64,000 bases of DNA from an uncultured Nitrososphaerales archaeon (lineage in GTDB: Archaea > Thermoproteota > Nitrososphaeria > Nitrososphaerales > Nitrososphaeraceae), in contig CAVQMO010000010.1 of the NCBI GenBank assembly GCA_963713605.1, positions 704,001 through 768,000 of the forward strand, written 5' to 3'. The notes beneath the pieces are model-generated. The model ran no database searches, was not told the origin of the DNA, and was given only the letters and a program-made list of their open reading frames with translations. Shown here in pieces: positions 20,204-31,206 of this stretch (position 1 is its first letter; each line of letters starts with the position of its first letter). Position numbers and translations under genes: made by a program.

Positions 20204-22396
20204 ATGGGAACCGCTAAATTACTAAAAACCACGCTCGTTCTACCTAGGACTGAGACGCAGCAAGTTGTAAGCAGACTTGCTCAACTTGAATGGTTTCATT
20301 CATTACAACATGCATCTGAGTACGTTAACCCCTATTATGACGACCTATTATTGAAGGCGCAGAGGCTCTTCCAAGAAATTGATGATGTAGTCAAGGCTTT
20401 GGGAGTACCTCTAGAAACGGGCGTAATGGATACGATGTTTAAAGGTGCTCCGAAGGAGCACACATCCTACGAGATTGAAGATATTCAAGGCTTTATAGTT
20501 GATTTGGAGGGGAGAAGTGCTGCTCTCCTGGATGAGCCTAAAAGGATTCTTTTGGAACAGAATCAGGTATCAAAACAGTTGGAGGAATACCGTACGATAG
20601 CTTTGACCTTGGAAATGGCAGCGGATTTGAATTTAGATCTTCGAATTTTCTCTAAATTGAAAATATTCTATGCTGCAACTTTTATCATTGAAAATAGCGA
20701 CCAAGACGAGATCAAGAAAAGCTTGGGAGATCTGCCGATGCAGATTGTTAAATTAAATGAGCACAAATCTGCCTTAATCATTTTTGGTTCAGCTGACAGC
20801 GACGCTGATAGAATAATCAAAGTTCTGAGAAGCTTCGGAGTGCACCCCTTGCAAGTACCCCCTAACATGCCCCAGAATCCTCATTTGGCATATGCTGAGT
20901 CTAAAGCCAAAATAAAGGAATTGGAGAAGCAAAGTACAGCTCTAAGCAAGAAGGTTGAGAAATTGAAATTATCTCTCACTACGAAGCTACTATCATTACA
21001 CGAAGCTTCTCAAGTGGCAAAGGATGTTTTAGAAGCAACTAGGAAGCCAGGTGGCACCAAGAATTTCGCTATGATTGAGGGCTTTATCCCTGAGCAAATG
21101 CAAAATATATTCAAGAATTTGACAAGCGACTACGTTTCCGTGATGGATGTTCCTGAACGCTTGGCTACTGATGAAAGTCACGCTGAAGATCACGATGAGA
21201 AGCTTCCTACGCTCCTAAAAAATAAAAAGTATATCCGTACTTTCGAAATCATTACAGAGACACAGGGATTACCTAACTATGACGAGAGAGACCCTACGTC
21301 CATTATTGCCTTCGTGTGGCCTCTGTTCTATGGATTGATGTTTGCAGATTTAGGACACGGCATATTGCTCTTTGGTCTAGGGATGCTTTTCAGATACCGC
21401 GGCAACGGATCTCTTACCACATGGGGAACTTTAATAGCGGCGAGTGGAGCGGCCGCAGCCATTGCCGGCCTGGGGACGGGAGAATTATTTGGTTTTCATG
21501 CTATAGAGCTACCGATTCTGGCGCCCATTGCTGAACAATTAGGATTTGTGGGAATGTTAAGTGTGTCAGAGCTAACCTTTGAAGAGGTAGTCAAGATTTT
21601 GGAAATATCAATTGCTATAGGGGTGGTGCATATCTTGCTGGCTTTCTTCCTGAGGCTCTGGGCAGATATCAAAAAACATGATAAACTTATGATCTATTAT
21701 CATGATATCCCAACTATAGTACAATACTTTGCGGTGGTAAGCCTTATCCTCGCAGCAATAGGTTCTGGATATGATATCATCGGCATGTTCGGCATTACAG
21801 GAGTCACCCATAACGAACCAGTGCCTTGGCTGACGGTCGTTTTCGGAGACTGGGTCACCGTAGACTTGGTTGCAAAAGTAGCCCCCCTTGTAATCATTGG
21901 TACTGTGATAACTATGATCATCGGTGGCATGAAGGAAGAGAAACACCTCAAGAAACTTGGGAAGGATGAGGGTGGTGGATTGGTGGGTATAGTGGTGGAG
22001 GTGATAATGGTACGAATCATTGAAATGCTTTCAAACACAATAAGTTATTCTCGACTCGGCATAATGCTATTGGTTCATGCCGCACTGCTTGTAACGGTTA
22101 TCGATTCATTCGAATCGTTGGGTGGCACAGTTGGAGGATATGCTGTCCTTATCGGCGGAAATATTGGTATAATGTTGATCGAAGGATTGATAGTATACAT
22201 TCAAACAATTAGGTTACACTTATACGAATGGTTTCCTAAATGGTATATCGGCCAAGGTATTGACTTCAAACGCCTCGTTCCCAAGATGCTCTATTCCAAA
22301 TTTGTATGGCAGACTAGAGCCATTGATCATAGCTTGGACTATAATCGGGTAGGGGATAAGAGAAGCTCTCGCGAAGAAGTAATTGGGAGGTCATGA
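20204..22396 (+). CDS. atpI: A-type ATP synthase subunit I (a)
   Basis: PTLLKN, P.Y.ERDPT, FYGLMFADLGHG, SNTISYSRL and IRLHLYEWF. Confidence 0.95.
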   Translation: MGTAKLLKTTLVLPRTETQQVVSRLAQLEWFHSLQHASEYVNPYYDDLLLKAQRLFQEIDDVVKALGVPLETGVMDTMFKGAPKEHTSYEIEDIQGFIVDLEGRSAALLDEPKRILLEQNQVSKQLEEYRTIALTLEMAADLNLDLRIFSKLKIFYAATFIIENSDQDEIKKSLGDLPMQIVKLNEHKSALIIFGSADSDADRIIKVLRSFGVHPLQVPPNMPQNPHLAYAESKAKIKELEKQSTALSKKVEKLKLSLTTKLLSLHEASQVAKDVLEATRKPGGTKNFAMIEGFIPEQMQNIFKNLTSDYVSVMDVPERLATDESHAEDHDEKLPTLLKNKKYIRTFEIITETQGLPNYDERDPTSIIAFVWPLFYGLMFADLGHGILLFGLGMLFRYRGNGSLTTWGTLIAASGAAAAIAGLGTGELFGFHAIELPILAPIAEQLGFVGMLSVSELTFEEVVKILEISIAIGVVHILLAFFLRLWADIKKHDKLMIYYHDIPTIVQYFAVVSLILAAIGSGYDIIGMFGITGVTHNEPVPWLTVVFGDWVTVDLVAKVAPLVIIGTVITMIIGGMKEEKHLKKLGKDEGGGLVGIVVEVIMVRIIEMLSNTISYSRLGIMLLVHAALLVTVIDSFESLGGTVGGYAVLIGGNIGIMLIEGLIVYIQTIRLHLYEWFPKWYIGQGIDFKRLVPKMLYSKFVWQTRAIDHSLDYNRVGDKRSSREEVIGRS

Positions 22397-22649
22397 TAGC
22401 AAAATATATTCAGCTAAGGTCTTTGACGACGACCTAATAACTACCACCAATCGTAGAGCTAAATCAAGATTTGTTGGGGTAACTAACAGCTGTATTTTCT
22501 TATCAACAATGTATAGATTAATGTATGGGGCTGAGCCTTGTCTCCAAGTCGATAGCTGCTGCAATCCTGGTCACCAGGTCACGTATGACTAGTTATGATT
22601 CCTTTAGAGATTGTGACCTATGTACCAATGTTCTTTGGTGATTTTTAAG

Positions 22650-23453
22650 TTGCTAGAGAATCCGATTGCAGTTTTTGACTCGGGCCTGGGTTCCTTATCT
22701 GTAATAAAACAATTACGCAGGCAATTACCGACTGAAAATCTATTGTACCTTGCAGATGAGCAACACTTTCCATATGGTAACAAGACAAGGCAAGAACTTC
22801 TAACCATAATCCTTGATATCCTACGATATCTTGATCGATATAAGCCAAAATTGGTAGTTGTTGCTTCAATTACTCCTTCAGTTCAGATTCTAGAAGAAGT
22901 CAAACGCTTATCTAAAATGGGCGTCGTGGGAATTATCCCTCCACTCAAGACCGCCTCTAAGCTCACGAAGAAAAAGCATATTGGAATATTGGCTACCGCA
23001 AGTACGATTAAGAGCAGAGAGTTGGGCGATTTGATTAAGTCCCAAGTCCCACAGAATATACTTGTAACCAGATTTGATGCATCAGAAATTATAAGCTTGG
23101 TTGAGAATGGTGAATATATCACCAATGAGCGGAAGACATTTGATGCAATTTCTAAAGCAATAGAGTATCGCGAAGATCTTGAATCACACATAGATGTGAT
23201 GGTTTTGGCAAGTACCCACCTACCCTTTGTCTCGAATTATCTCGTCTCTTTACTGCCAACCATCAGGTTGATTGACCCTGTAAAACTTCTCGCAAATGAT
23301 GTAAGGAAATATCTATCTACCAATCATATGGCCAAAAAGAAAGGGGTGGGTCGAACTGAAATTCTAATTACGTCGAACAAATCTAGATTTGAAGGAATAA
23401 TTAGAGAATTAGGCATTAGAGAACCAGTAAAGGAAATCTTTCTTGCCCTCTAA
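22650..23453 (+). CDS. Glutamate racemase (MurI)-like protein with Ser at both catalytic Cys positions
   Basis: IAVFDSGLGSLSV, YLADEQHFPYGNK, VVASITPS, LASTHLP and LIDP. Confidence 0.85.
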   Translation: MLENPIAVFDSGLGSLSVIKQLRRQLPTENLLYLADEQHFPYGNKTRQELLTIILDILRYLDRYKPKLVVVASITPSVQILEEVKRLSKMGVVGIIPPLKTASKLTKKKHIGILATASTIKSRELGDLIKSQVPQNILVTRFDASEIISLVENGEYITNERKTFDAISKAIEYREDLESHIDVMVLASTHLPFVSNYLVSLLPTIRLIDPVKLLANDVRKYLSTNHMAKKKGVGRTEILITSNKSRFEGIIRELGIREPVKEIFLAL

Positions 23454-23580
23454 GGGAAACGACATTCCAATACCTCTAATCGCTGTGAAAATTGGCAGAT
23501 TGCTTGAACCATTTCAATAGAACCACTATGAATATGAATATTAGGTAGATTTACCTTAGACTAGGACTTACTAGTCCTGT

Positions 23581-24499
23581 ATGGATCTGAGAATCGTTTT
23601 CTTGGGCACTTCAGCAGACCACCCCAACTGATGATCGAGGACTCTCTTCTATCGCAATTGCTCGAGGAAATGAGATTCTTCTTTTCGATGCGGGGGAAGG
23701 TATGCAAAGAAATTTTGTAAGATCAAGTCTCCGGATGAATTGCAAAATGAAAGTCTTTGTCACCCACATGCATGCCGACCACTCACTGGGAATCCTGGGA
23801 TTACTCCAAACACTATCGCTTAATGGCAGGACCCTACCTGTTGATATCTATGGTGAACCAAGACTCGCAGAATTCATAAAGTTTAGTACAAGACTGATTG
23901 GTTTCGGGCTTTCCTTTGATGTAAATCTTCACAATATAGAATCTGAGGGATTGCTGGTTCGTGAGGATGATTATGAAGTAACATGTTGCGAAGCAGATCA
24001 TAATGTACCTGCTTACTCATTCTGTCTGACAGAGTTGGATAGACCTGGGATTTTTGATATCAAAAGAGCCGTACAATTAGGAATACCAGAAGGGAAATTA
24101 TACAAACAGCTTCAGTCAGGGATGGATATTGTAATCAACGGAAGTATAGTAAGATCATCTGATGTGGTAGGGTCAAGACGCCCTGGGAGGAAGATTGGAA
24201 TCTCCGGTGATACAAGACCAACCGAAAAGCTTGGTAAATTTTTCGAAAATTGCGATCTACTCATTTTTGAGTCAACATATGGTGAAGGGCTCCGACATAA
24301 GGCGATCGAAAACTTTCATGCTACTGCTGCCGAAGCTGCAAAGCTAGCGAATCAGTTTGGTGCTAGGAAGCTTGTATTAACTCATTTTAGTACCAGATAC
24401 CGGCAGAGCAGTCAATTGCTCGCAGAAGCGCGTCTCATCCATGAAAACGTAGATGATGCACATGATCTGAAAATAATACACCTCCCATACCGTCAATGA
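23581..24499 (+). CDS. rnz: Ribonuclease Z (indel at about 23617)
   Basis: MDLRIVFLGTS, FDAGEGMQ, THMHADH, SGDTRP, ESTY and LTHFSTRY. Confidence 0.93.
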
Positions 24500-24787
24500 T
24501 TCCTCTGAACAACTTCGAGCCAACTCGATATTTAATAATTCTATTACAAATTTATAACTGGAGCATACCATTCTTTGCAGGGGATGAAGTGAATAATCGC
24601 TGCTCCAGGCAGAGCCAGAAGCTATGATGACCTCGCGACGAACAGACCCCAAACAACTAGGTCTAGGTCCAAGTCTGCATCAGTTCCAAGCATGACTTCC
24701 GTAATTAGTCACCATGTAAAGCAATAGAGCTTCAATTGCAGTTGTTTCAAACTCTTTTCAATAGATTGACCGGACATTCTAAAAATA

Positions 24788-25729
24788 ATGACCTTTTCAA
24801 TCCACAACATATACATTATTCATGGGACACTATTTCTTAAAATCTTGGAAGAATTAGTATACAATTATCCTCTTTACAGACCCCCTTCTGAGGCAAACTC
24901 AACGATCTTACAGGTCACGTTGGGATGCTCGTTTAATCACTGCTCATTCTGCAGCATGTACCGAACAAAATCCTATCAAGAGAGGTCATTAGAGGAGATC
25001 AAGTTCGAAATAGATTTGGTTTCCAGATACCAACCCCTAACCGAAAAAATCTTTCTTGCCGATGGGGATGCATTAAATGTTAAGACCGAAAGGTTGGTTG
25101 AAATATTAGACTATTTGAATCTCAAATTTAAGAGTCTTAAGAGAATTTCATGCTATGCAATGCCAAGGAATCTGATCCAGAAAAAGGACTCAGAACTTGA
25201 ACGGTTACGAGATCGAGGATTAAGCATGTTATATGTTGGGATAGAGAGTGGCAATGACGTAGTGCTGCAAAAAGTCACAAAGGGTGCATCTTCCTCAATG
25301 ATTATTGAGAGTTGTGAGAAAGCAATTGATCACCAATTCACACTCTCTTGCATGGTCATTCTCGGCTTGGGCGGCAGAACATATACTGATGCACACATAT
25401 CTGATACCGCCAAGGTTGTGAGCCAAATTAGCCCGCACTATCTTGCCGCTCTTAACCTCCAACTCGACGAAACCGTTCGTACTGAGTTCATGTTCAAGTT
25501 TAAGGAGCCATTTTCCTGGTTAACTGATTTGGAGATCTTGAATGAACTAGAAAGGCTAATTGTGCTTTTCAATCCGATTAGAGAAGTAATCTTTAGAGCA
25601 AACCATGCTTCAAATGTATACAGTATTGGCGGGACTCTACCATCTGAAAAATCAAAGCTTCAGAGACTAATTCATGAATTGAAAAGTCACCCTGAAATGT
25701 TAAGACCAAAGATTGTTCGAAGATTCTGA
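24788..25729 (+). CDS. Radical SAM protein of unknown function
   Basis: YRPPSEA, CSFNHCSFC cluster motif, FLADGDAL, GIESG and FRANHASN. Confidence 0.9.
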   Translation: MTFSIHNIYIIHGTLFLKILEELVYNYPLYRPPSEANSTILQVTLGCSFNHCSFCSMYRTKSYQERSLEEIKFEIDLVSRYQPLTEKIFLADGDALNVKTERLVEILDYLNLKFKSLKRISCYAMPRNLIQKKDSELERLRDRGLSMLYVGIESGNDVVLQKVTKGASSSMIIESCEKAIDHQFTLSCMVILGLGGRTYTDAHISDTAKVVSQISPHYLAALNLQLDETVRTEFMFKFKEPFSWLTDLEILNELERLIVLFNPIREVIFRANHASNVYSIGGTLPSEKSKLQRLIHELKSHPEMLRPKIVRRF

Positions 25730-25884
25730 CCATGTGCGGGTATTCGGTTATTGTTCTGCCAACTTTAACTTCTAACGTCGTAGCCGAAGAAAACGTAGAT
25801 GACTAAATCATAACACCAAAAAACGCTATCCTTTCAGAATTTAAGAAAAAACAAATAAAAGGAATTTTTGAGTAGTCAGTCACG

Positions 25885-26163
25885 TTACCAGTGGTGCTTT
25901 TCGTCCGGAATAAGACCTATCTGCTCACGCTCGAAGTAAGTCTCCAATTCTTGAGTCCATTTTTCTTTAGCCGAACCTCCTCCAAGTCCCTTTCGTCTGA
26001 GCCAAAATGCAATTACACTCAGGAGGAAAACTGCGAAAAGCATAGTCCCAAATATGTATACCATTACATCGAAGAACAATGGGTCGTATGCTGGTCCTAC
26101 TTGTTTCAGAAGACTCTCCAATCCGGTGCTGAACATTCCCACAAGGCTTAGAATGGCGCTCAT
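25885..26163 (-). CDS. amoY: Single-TM protein, probable AMO subunit AmoY
   Basis: GPAYDPLFFDVMVY followed by a TM helix; tandem with the AmoZ-like gene next to rps15 and near amoB/X/A (identified from recall of AOA synteny). Confidence 0.6.
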   Translation of the reverse strand: MSAILSLVGMFSTGLESLLKQVGPAYDPLFFDVMVYIFGTMLFAVFLLSVIAFWLRRKGLGGGSAKEKWTQELETYFEREQIGLIPDEKHHW

Positions 26164-26357
26164 ATTACGATATAATCCAAATAAAATCTATGATATATAC
26201 ATTTTGGTTCACACCGCCGGATCAGCAATAGATATAACGAAATTACTACATTTGCTCAGACCCGATAAATACGTATTTCTAGCAAAAAAATGCCCTAGTG
26301 TATGTATTAAAAAGTAACTAATCTTCAAAAAGAAGGAAAGGTGTTGTTTAAGTATTT

Positions 26358-26780
26358 CTATCTATTTTGATTTCTTTTCATAGCTTCAAGTTCATCTTTG
26401 TATCTCTGAGCTTCTAACTTCCAATCTGGTTCACTATGCCGTGTAGATTCTGTAGTGGCGGCCCTTCTCGCCCCTCTGGACTTTGCGAAGAATGCACCTG
26501 CCACCCCTCCGAATATTACTACAAGTATTATAATAAATAGTACAGTGCTGTCAAGGGTAGCGCTAAGCATAGAAGTACCGGAGCCGTATGCACCTTGCTG
26601 CTCAGCAAGTGATGTTTTCTCTCTAGCAAGTTTCAGCTGCTCCTCAATACTGCTTGATGTGGTTCCGGCGCCCCCGCCGCCTGTGTACTGCGCATTAGCT
26701 GTCTGAATACCAGGCAAAATAAATGCAGCTGCCATGAGTACTGCCATAGTGGATAGAGCCGGTAGGTAGGCTTTATTCAT
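26358..26780 (-). CDS. amoZ: Signal-peptide, single-TM protein, probable AMO subunit AmoZ
   Basis: Signal peptide ending ANA-Q, helical IEEQLKLAREK, GAYGSGT, TM helix and basic tail; divergent from rps15. Confidence 0.6.
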   Translation of the reverse strand: MNKAYLPALSTMAVLMAAAFILPGIQTANAQYTGGGGAGTTSSSIEEQLKLAREKTSLAEQQGAYGSGTSMLSATLDSTVLFIIILVVIFGGVAGAFFAKSRGARRAATTESTRHSEPDWKLEAQRYKDELEAMKRNQNR

Positions 26781-26884
26781 ATGTTCAGTTTTCGAATCTC
26801 GATTATTTAACTTTTTTGTAAAGTTCAGTTCGCTCTTCAATGTCCGTAACATTTAGATGTCGACCCTCAGAACGTTGTCTATCA

Positions 26885-27337
26885 ATGGCACGAATGCATG
26901 CACATACTCGCGGCAAGTCTCATTCAACCCGTCCTACGTCCAAGAGTGTGCCTACTTGGGTTAGCATCAGTCATTCAGACCTTACATCTATTATCATCAA
27001 AATGTATAATGAAGATGGCTTAACTGCTTCCCAGATTGGTATCATTCTCAGAGATGAGTATGGGATACCACTAGTGAAACCAATTTTGGGAAAAACCATA
27101 ACCGATGTTTTGAGAGAGAACGGTGTTAAGCAGGATATGCCAGAGGATCTAGACAGGTTAGTGAAAAAGGCCCTTGGTTTACAAAGGCATCTCAGAACTC
27201 ACAACAGCGATAGAAGAAACGTTCGTTCCCTAGAACTGATTGAATCGAAGATACATCGTCTATCAAGATATTACAAGATAAAGGACAGAATCGACAAGAA
27301 TTGGAAATATGCTGCGGTTATAGCACAGGCTCAATAG
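26885..27337 (+). CDS. rps15: 30S ribosomal protein S15 (uS15)
   Basis: MARMHAHTRGKSHSTRP, SQIGIILRD and LELIESKIHRL. Confidence 0.96.
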   Translation: MARMHAHTRGKSHSTRPTSKSVPTWVSISHSDLTSIIIKMYNEDGLTASQIGIILRDEYGIPLVKPILGKTITDVLRENGVKQDMPEDLDRLVKKALGLQRHLRTHNSDRRNVRSLELIESKIHRLSRYYKIKDRIDKNWKYAAVIAQAQ

Positions 27338-27352
27338 ACTCACGACTTCTCG

Positions 27353-28805
27353 ATGAACCCACGAAATAGGCTAGATGATGATCTCAAGTCTATTTCAGAT
27401 ATTATTGGGGACCTCGTAAGAAAAGAGGGTAAGTTCCTTATTCTATCGAGCCCATCCCCAGATGGAATAGCAGCAAGTAGTATAGTCTTCCAAACTCTTG
27501 CAAGATTAAACGCCAAATGCATATTGAGAAGCACTTCGAGTATAACAGATTCTTTACATATTGGAAACTCAGTTTCCAATGAATATGATTTATGCTTGCT
27601 GTTAGATTTCGAACATGAGTCAGTCGAAAAGCTTGACAAGAGCCTTCAAAACAAGTGGTTGCTGATCAGGCACCTATCAGATGAGATAGTTCCCGAAGCT
27701 AACAAAGCATATGACCAACGCGTTCTGAACATTAATAGGTACGAGCTCAATGGCTGGTCAGAAATAACCACTGCAGGGATATGCTATCTATTGTCGATAG
27801 CATTAGACACTAAAAATACAGATCTTTCTGTGCTGGCTGTACTTTCTTCGCTTGGCGAGAGACAGGATTGTGGAGAAGGTAGGTCACTTTTGGGAATAAA
27901 CGCTGAAATAGCCAAGGTTGGTGAATCCCAAGGTCTGCTGCAAAGCCAACCAGACGACCTTCTCATAGTAGGACACGAATGGAGGCCAATACACGAAGCA
28001 ATCGCTTTGACTCGTTTTCCATACATTGAAGGATTAACATGGAATTTAGAGAGGGCTAGGTCAATAGTGGAAAATTCTGGGATCAAGTTGAAGGAAAATG
28101 GGAAATGGCGAGTCTTCACCGATCTTCTGGATCAAGAGAAATGGTCAATCTATGAAGGGATTGCAAAATTCGTTGCCACTAATTCTGGCGCAGAGGTATA
28201 TTCCTTTAGAAGGTATACGTGGGATCAGCTACACCTTACTTAAGGAAGACAGGGGAACTCCACTTCGTGACGCGAGAGAGTATTCAGATCTCCTCAGAAT
28301 TTGCGGTAAAGCGCAAAAATCGGGAGTAGCAATATCAGTATGCCTTGGTGACCGCTTCAAGATGCTGGAAAAAGCTGAAGAAACAGTCGATCGTTATCTT
28401 GACATTCAGAGAAGATCTTTAAGCACTATATTCGCAGAGAAATGGAGGATTTGGGTTGACAGAGACATGGTCTTCATGAACGGGGAAGGGGCGGTGGCAG
28501 AGAATTCCCTCGAGGATATCATGACTCTTCTTGAATCCTCCCCACAATTCTTGCGCAAGATCATTGTTGGCAGGACGGTTACACAAACAGGTGCATACAA
28601 GTATTGTTGTCGAGTCAGTGACTTGCCTAAATTCACAGAGTTGGCATCAGCGATACGGAAATGTTATGGCGTTTCTAATGTATTACCCCATCCATTTGAG
28701 CCCTATGTGCTGTGTTGCGAAGTCCTTCCTAGCGATTTAGAAAACTTTGTCTCATGTTTGAAGGCTGCACCCAGGACCAGTGAATATGCAAGAGCCTCTC
28801 GTTGA
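27353..28805 (+). CDS. RecJ/DHH-family protein with degenerate motifs (indel at about 28195)
   Basis: DGIAASSI, GWSEITTAG, LGERQD, PYIEGLT and LRDAREY; located after rps15. Confidence 0.8.
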
Positions 28806-29049
28806 TAAAATCACTGTATATATAGAACTAGATCTAGAAGATGAAGGCAAAAGAGATGCAATAATGAAATCACTCGTTGCTGATAACATCAATTTCCCAC
28901 CCGGCTTAGAAATGCAAATGCATTCTCTTTCAGAGAACATACTTTCGATAGAGTTCCATAGCGATGGTTCTATAGAGACGATTTCCAATACAGTAGACGA
29001 AGTCTTGAGTCATATTTCGATTGGGAAAATGGTGTTAAATGATGATTGA
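28780..29049 (+). CDS. pcc1: KEOPS complex subunit Pcc1-like protein
   Basis: About 89 aa, SLVADNINFP, TVDEVL; conserved position in the rps15-DHH cluster. Confidence 0.7.
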   Translation: MNMQEPLVDKITVYIELDLEDEGKRDAIMKSLVADNINFPPGLEMQMHSLSENILSIEFHSDGSIETISNTVDEVLSHISIGKMVLNDD

Positions 29050-30313
29050 TCCTCGACTACTAAAAGACGATCCAGAACGGATACGGCAAATGCTTTTTCA
29101 AAGAAATCTGTCTTTTCCATTAAATGAGTTATTGGTGCTGGATAAGAGAAGACGCACGCTAATTTCCGAGAGCGATTTGTTAAGACATCGAAAGAATGTG
29201 ATCGCTCAAACAATTGCGAGAAAGATGAAAACTAGAGTGGACAGTTCGGAAGAGCTCAGGGAGATGAAATCCCTTGGCGATAGAATCCTCAAACTGGGTA
29301 AAGATCTTGAAGAAACAGATTCAAATTTCAAACATTTGATGATGAGTCTACCTAATCTGGTCAGTAGCTCTGTACCTGTAGGTGCGAATCAGCGAGATAA
29401 TGTGGTAGTTAGATCGATAGGAACACCTAACAAGTTCGATTTTGCACCTCTTGATCACGTTGATCTCGGAACAAAGTTGGATCTGTTTGATTTAGAACGG
29501 GCTGCAAAAATTTCTGGCTCTCGTTTTTACTTCTTGAAGAATGTGCTGGTAAAGCTGAATATTGGACTCCTCCAATTTGCTCTGGATTATTTGCAAGATC
29601 AAGGATACATACTTGTGCAACCTCCTTACATGATAAGAAGAGAGCCAATGGAAGGTGCTGTTATATTGGACGATTTTGAACATGTCATTTACAAAATCCA
29701 TGGAGAAGATTTACACATGATTGGCACCTCCGAGCATGCGATGGCGGCAATGCATATGGATGAAATTCTAGAAGGAGCTTCTCTCCCGTTAAAATATGCT
29801 GGTATTAGTCCGTGTTTTAGAAAAGAAGCTGGTGCGCACGGGAAAGATACGAAAGGCATCTTTCGAGTGCATCACTTTGACAAGGTTGAGCAATTTGTAT
29901 TCACACGTCCAGAGGATTCAGAAAAAGAGCATCAGAAAATGGTAGAATTGGCCGAGAAATTTTATGAAAAATTGGGAATCCCAATTCGAACTGTACTCCT
30001 GTGTACGGGGGACATGGGTAAGACCTCCTCAATAACTTATGATATAGAAGCTTGGATGCCAGGACAAGACTGTTATAGAGAGATAGTCTCGAGCTCGAAT
30101 TGTTTAGACTATCAGTCTAGAAGATTAAGAGTAAGATTTAGAGATCGCCCTGATGAAGAGACTCGTTTGGTTCATACCCTAAACAGCACTCTGGTCGCGA
30201 CCGGAAGAACATTAGTTGCAATTATTGAAAACTTTCAGCGCGCTGACGGAACGATAGAGGTTCCCGATCCCTTGAAGAAATTTGTAGGAACTGACGAGAT
30301 TTCCGCCCAATAA
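29042..30313 (+). CDS. serS: Serine--tRNA ligase
   Basis: LPNL, GSRFYFL, GTSEH, FRKEAGAHGKDTKGIFRVH, EIVSSSNC and HTLN. Confidence 0.97.
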   Translation: MIDPRLLKDDPERIRQMLFQRNLSFPLNELLVLDKRRRTLISESDLLRHRKNVIAQTIARKMKTRVDSSEELREMKSLGDRILKLGKDLEETDSNFKHLMMSLPNLVSSSVPVGANQRDNVVVRSIGTPNKFDFAPLDHVDLGTKLDLFDLERAAKISGSRFYFLKNVLVKLNIGLLQFALDYLQDQGYILVQPPYMIRREPMEGAVILDDFEHVIYKIHGEDLHMIGTSEHAMAAMHMDEILEGASLPLKYAGISPCFRKEAGAHGKDTKGIFRVHHFDKVEQFVFTRPEDSEKEHQKMVELAEKFYEKLGIPIRTVLLCTGDMGKTSSITYDIEAWMPGQDCYREIVSSSNCLDYQSRRLRVRFRDRPDEETRLVHTLNSTLVATGRTLVAIIENFQRADGTIEVPDPLKKFVGTDEISAQ

Positions 30314-30410
30314 AAGTTTCAAGAATTTAACGACGATTATTTTCTAGATAATACTCTAGTTAGTGATATGAAATACAAAAATGAGGGAAGTTAGTTTGCG
30401 TGTGTGACTT

Positions 30411-30965
30411 CTAGATCACTTGCCACGGTCTCGTTGCAAATGTTACGCCTAAGCCTGCTCCTATCACCATTACTTGATATATCACATTCGTCCATGGAAC
30501 CGGTTTGAATATCGGTTCGCCTGTCACTTGAACGGTTTGTCCTGGACCAAGTCCTGGGCCAATGGTCTGAATATTGAGCTGTGTATGGACATGATAAATA
30601 CCTGGTTCCAACGCTCTGACGGTTAGTGAGTATGGAATTGTTGCTTCTGGTTCGATGTCAAAGACGTTGCCGGGTGGATCACGAGCTATGAACTCCCATC
30701 TGTTGCCTGCATTTGTTGATTCACTGAAAAGCGACAACCACGCTCTAAGTGGTCTGTTCACCAAGCTCTGTAGTGTACCAGTTACCGTTAGCTCATCACC
30801 AGTCTGAATTGTCTGACCAGAAAAAGATTCATCTTGAATTCTCACAAACCTACTCTGGAGTTGGGCCTGAACACCATGTCCCTCTACAGAAGGCATAAAT
30901 GCGAATGCACTAGACATTACTAATACCGCAGCCAATCCTGTCAAGACTATAGCCTTGTTAATCAT
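30411..30965 (-). CDS. amoB: Archaeal ammonia monooxygenase subunit B
   Basis: Signal peptide then HGVQAQLQSRFV, NAGNRWE, YHVHTQLN and TFATRPWQVI. Confidence 0.97.
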   Translation of the reverse strand: MINKAIVLTGLAAVLVMSSAFAFMPSVEGHGVQAQLQSRFVRIQDESFSGQTIQTGDELTVTGTLQSLVNRPLRAWLSLFSESTNAGNRWEFIARDPPGNVFDIEPEATIPYSLTVRALEPGIYHVHTQLNIQTIGPGLGPGQTVQVTGEPIFKPVPWTNVIYQVMVIGAGLGVTFATRPWQVI

Positions 30966-31206
30966 TTGTAGTTTCTAAGCGATACCAGAAGAAACAAAGA
31001 TATATATTTTGCTGTAACCGATGAGCCAACTTAAGGCTCCTGCTTGAAGTAATCCTTAGTTTTTGATAAAGTCCTCAAAATGGATTCATAATTGCTTAAG
31101 CAATCCCTTTCAATGTAACTGATCCGGAATGTGGGATCTATTTCCGCAACCCGTATTAGTAACAGCAAAATTTAAAAAGGAAAGGACTCATCAAATATTG
31201 TATAAG

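Noticed and set aside
24580..24650. Possible second C/D sRNA (GGGG...ATGATGA-CCTCGCGACGAA-CAGA-CCCC)
   Set aside because: Only one consensus box, the D boxes are degenerate, and I could not recognise an rRNA or tRNA target.
31129..31206. Upstream extension of amoX given in the ORF track
   Set aside because: It contains the TATA element; ATG 31207 fits the family start.
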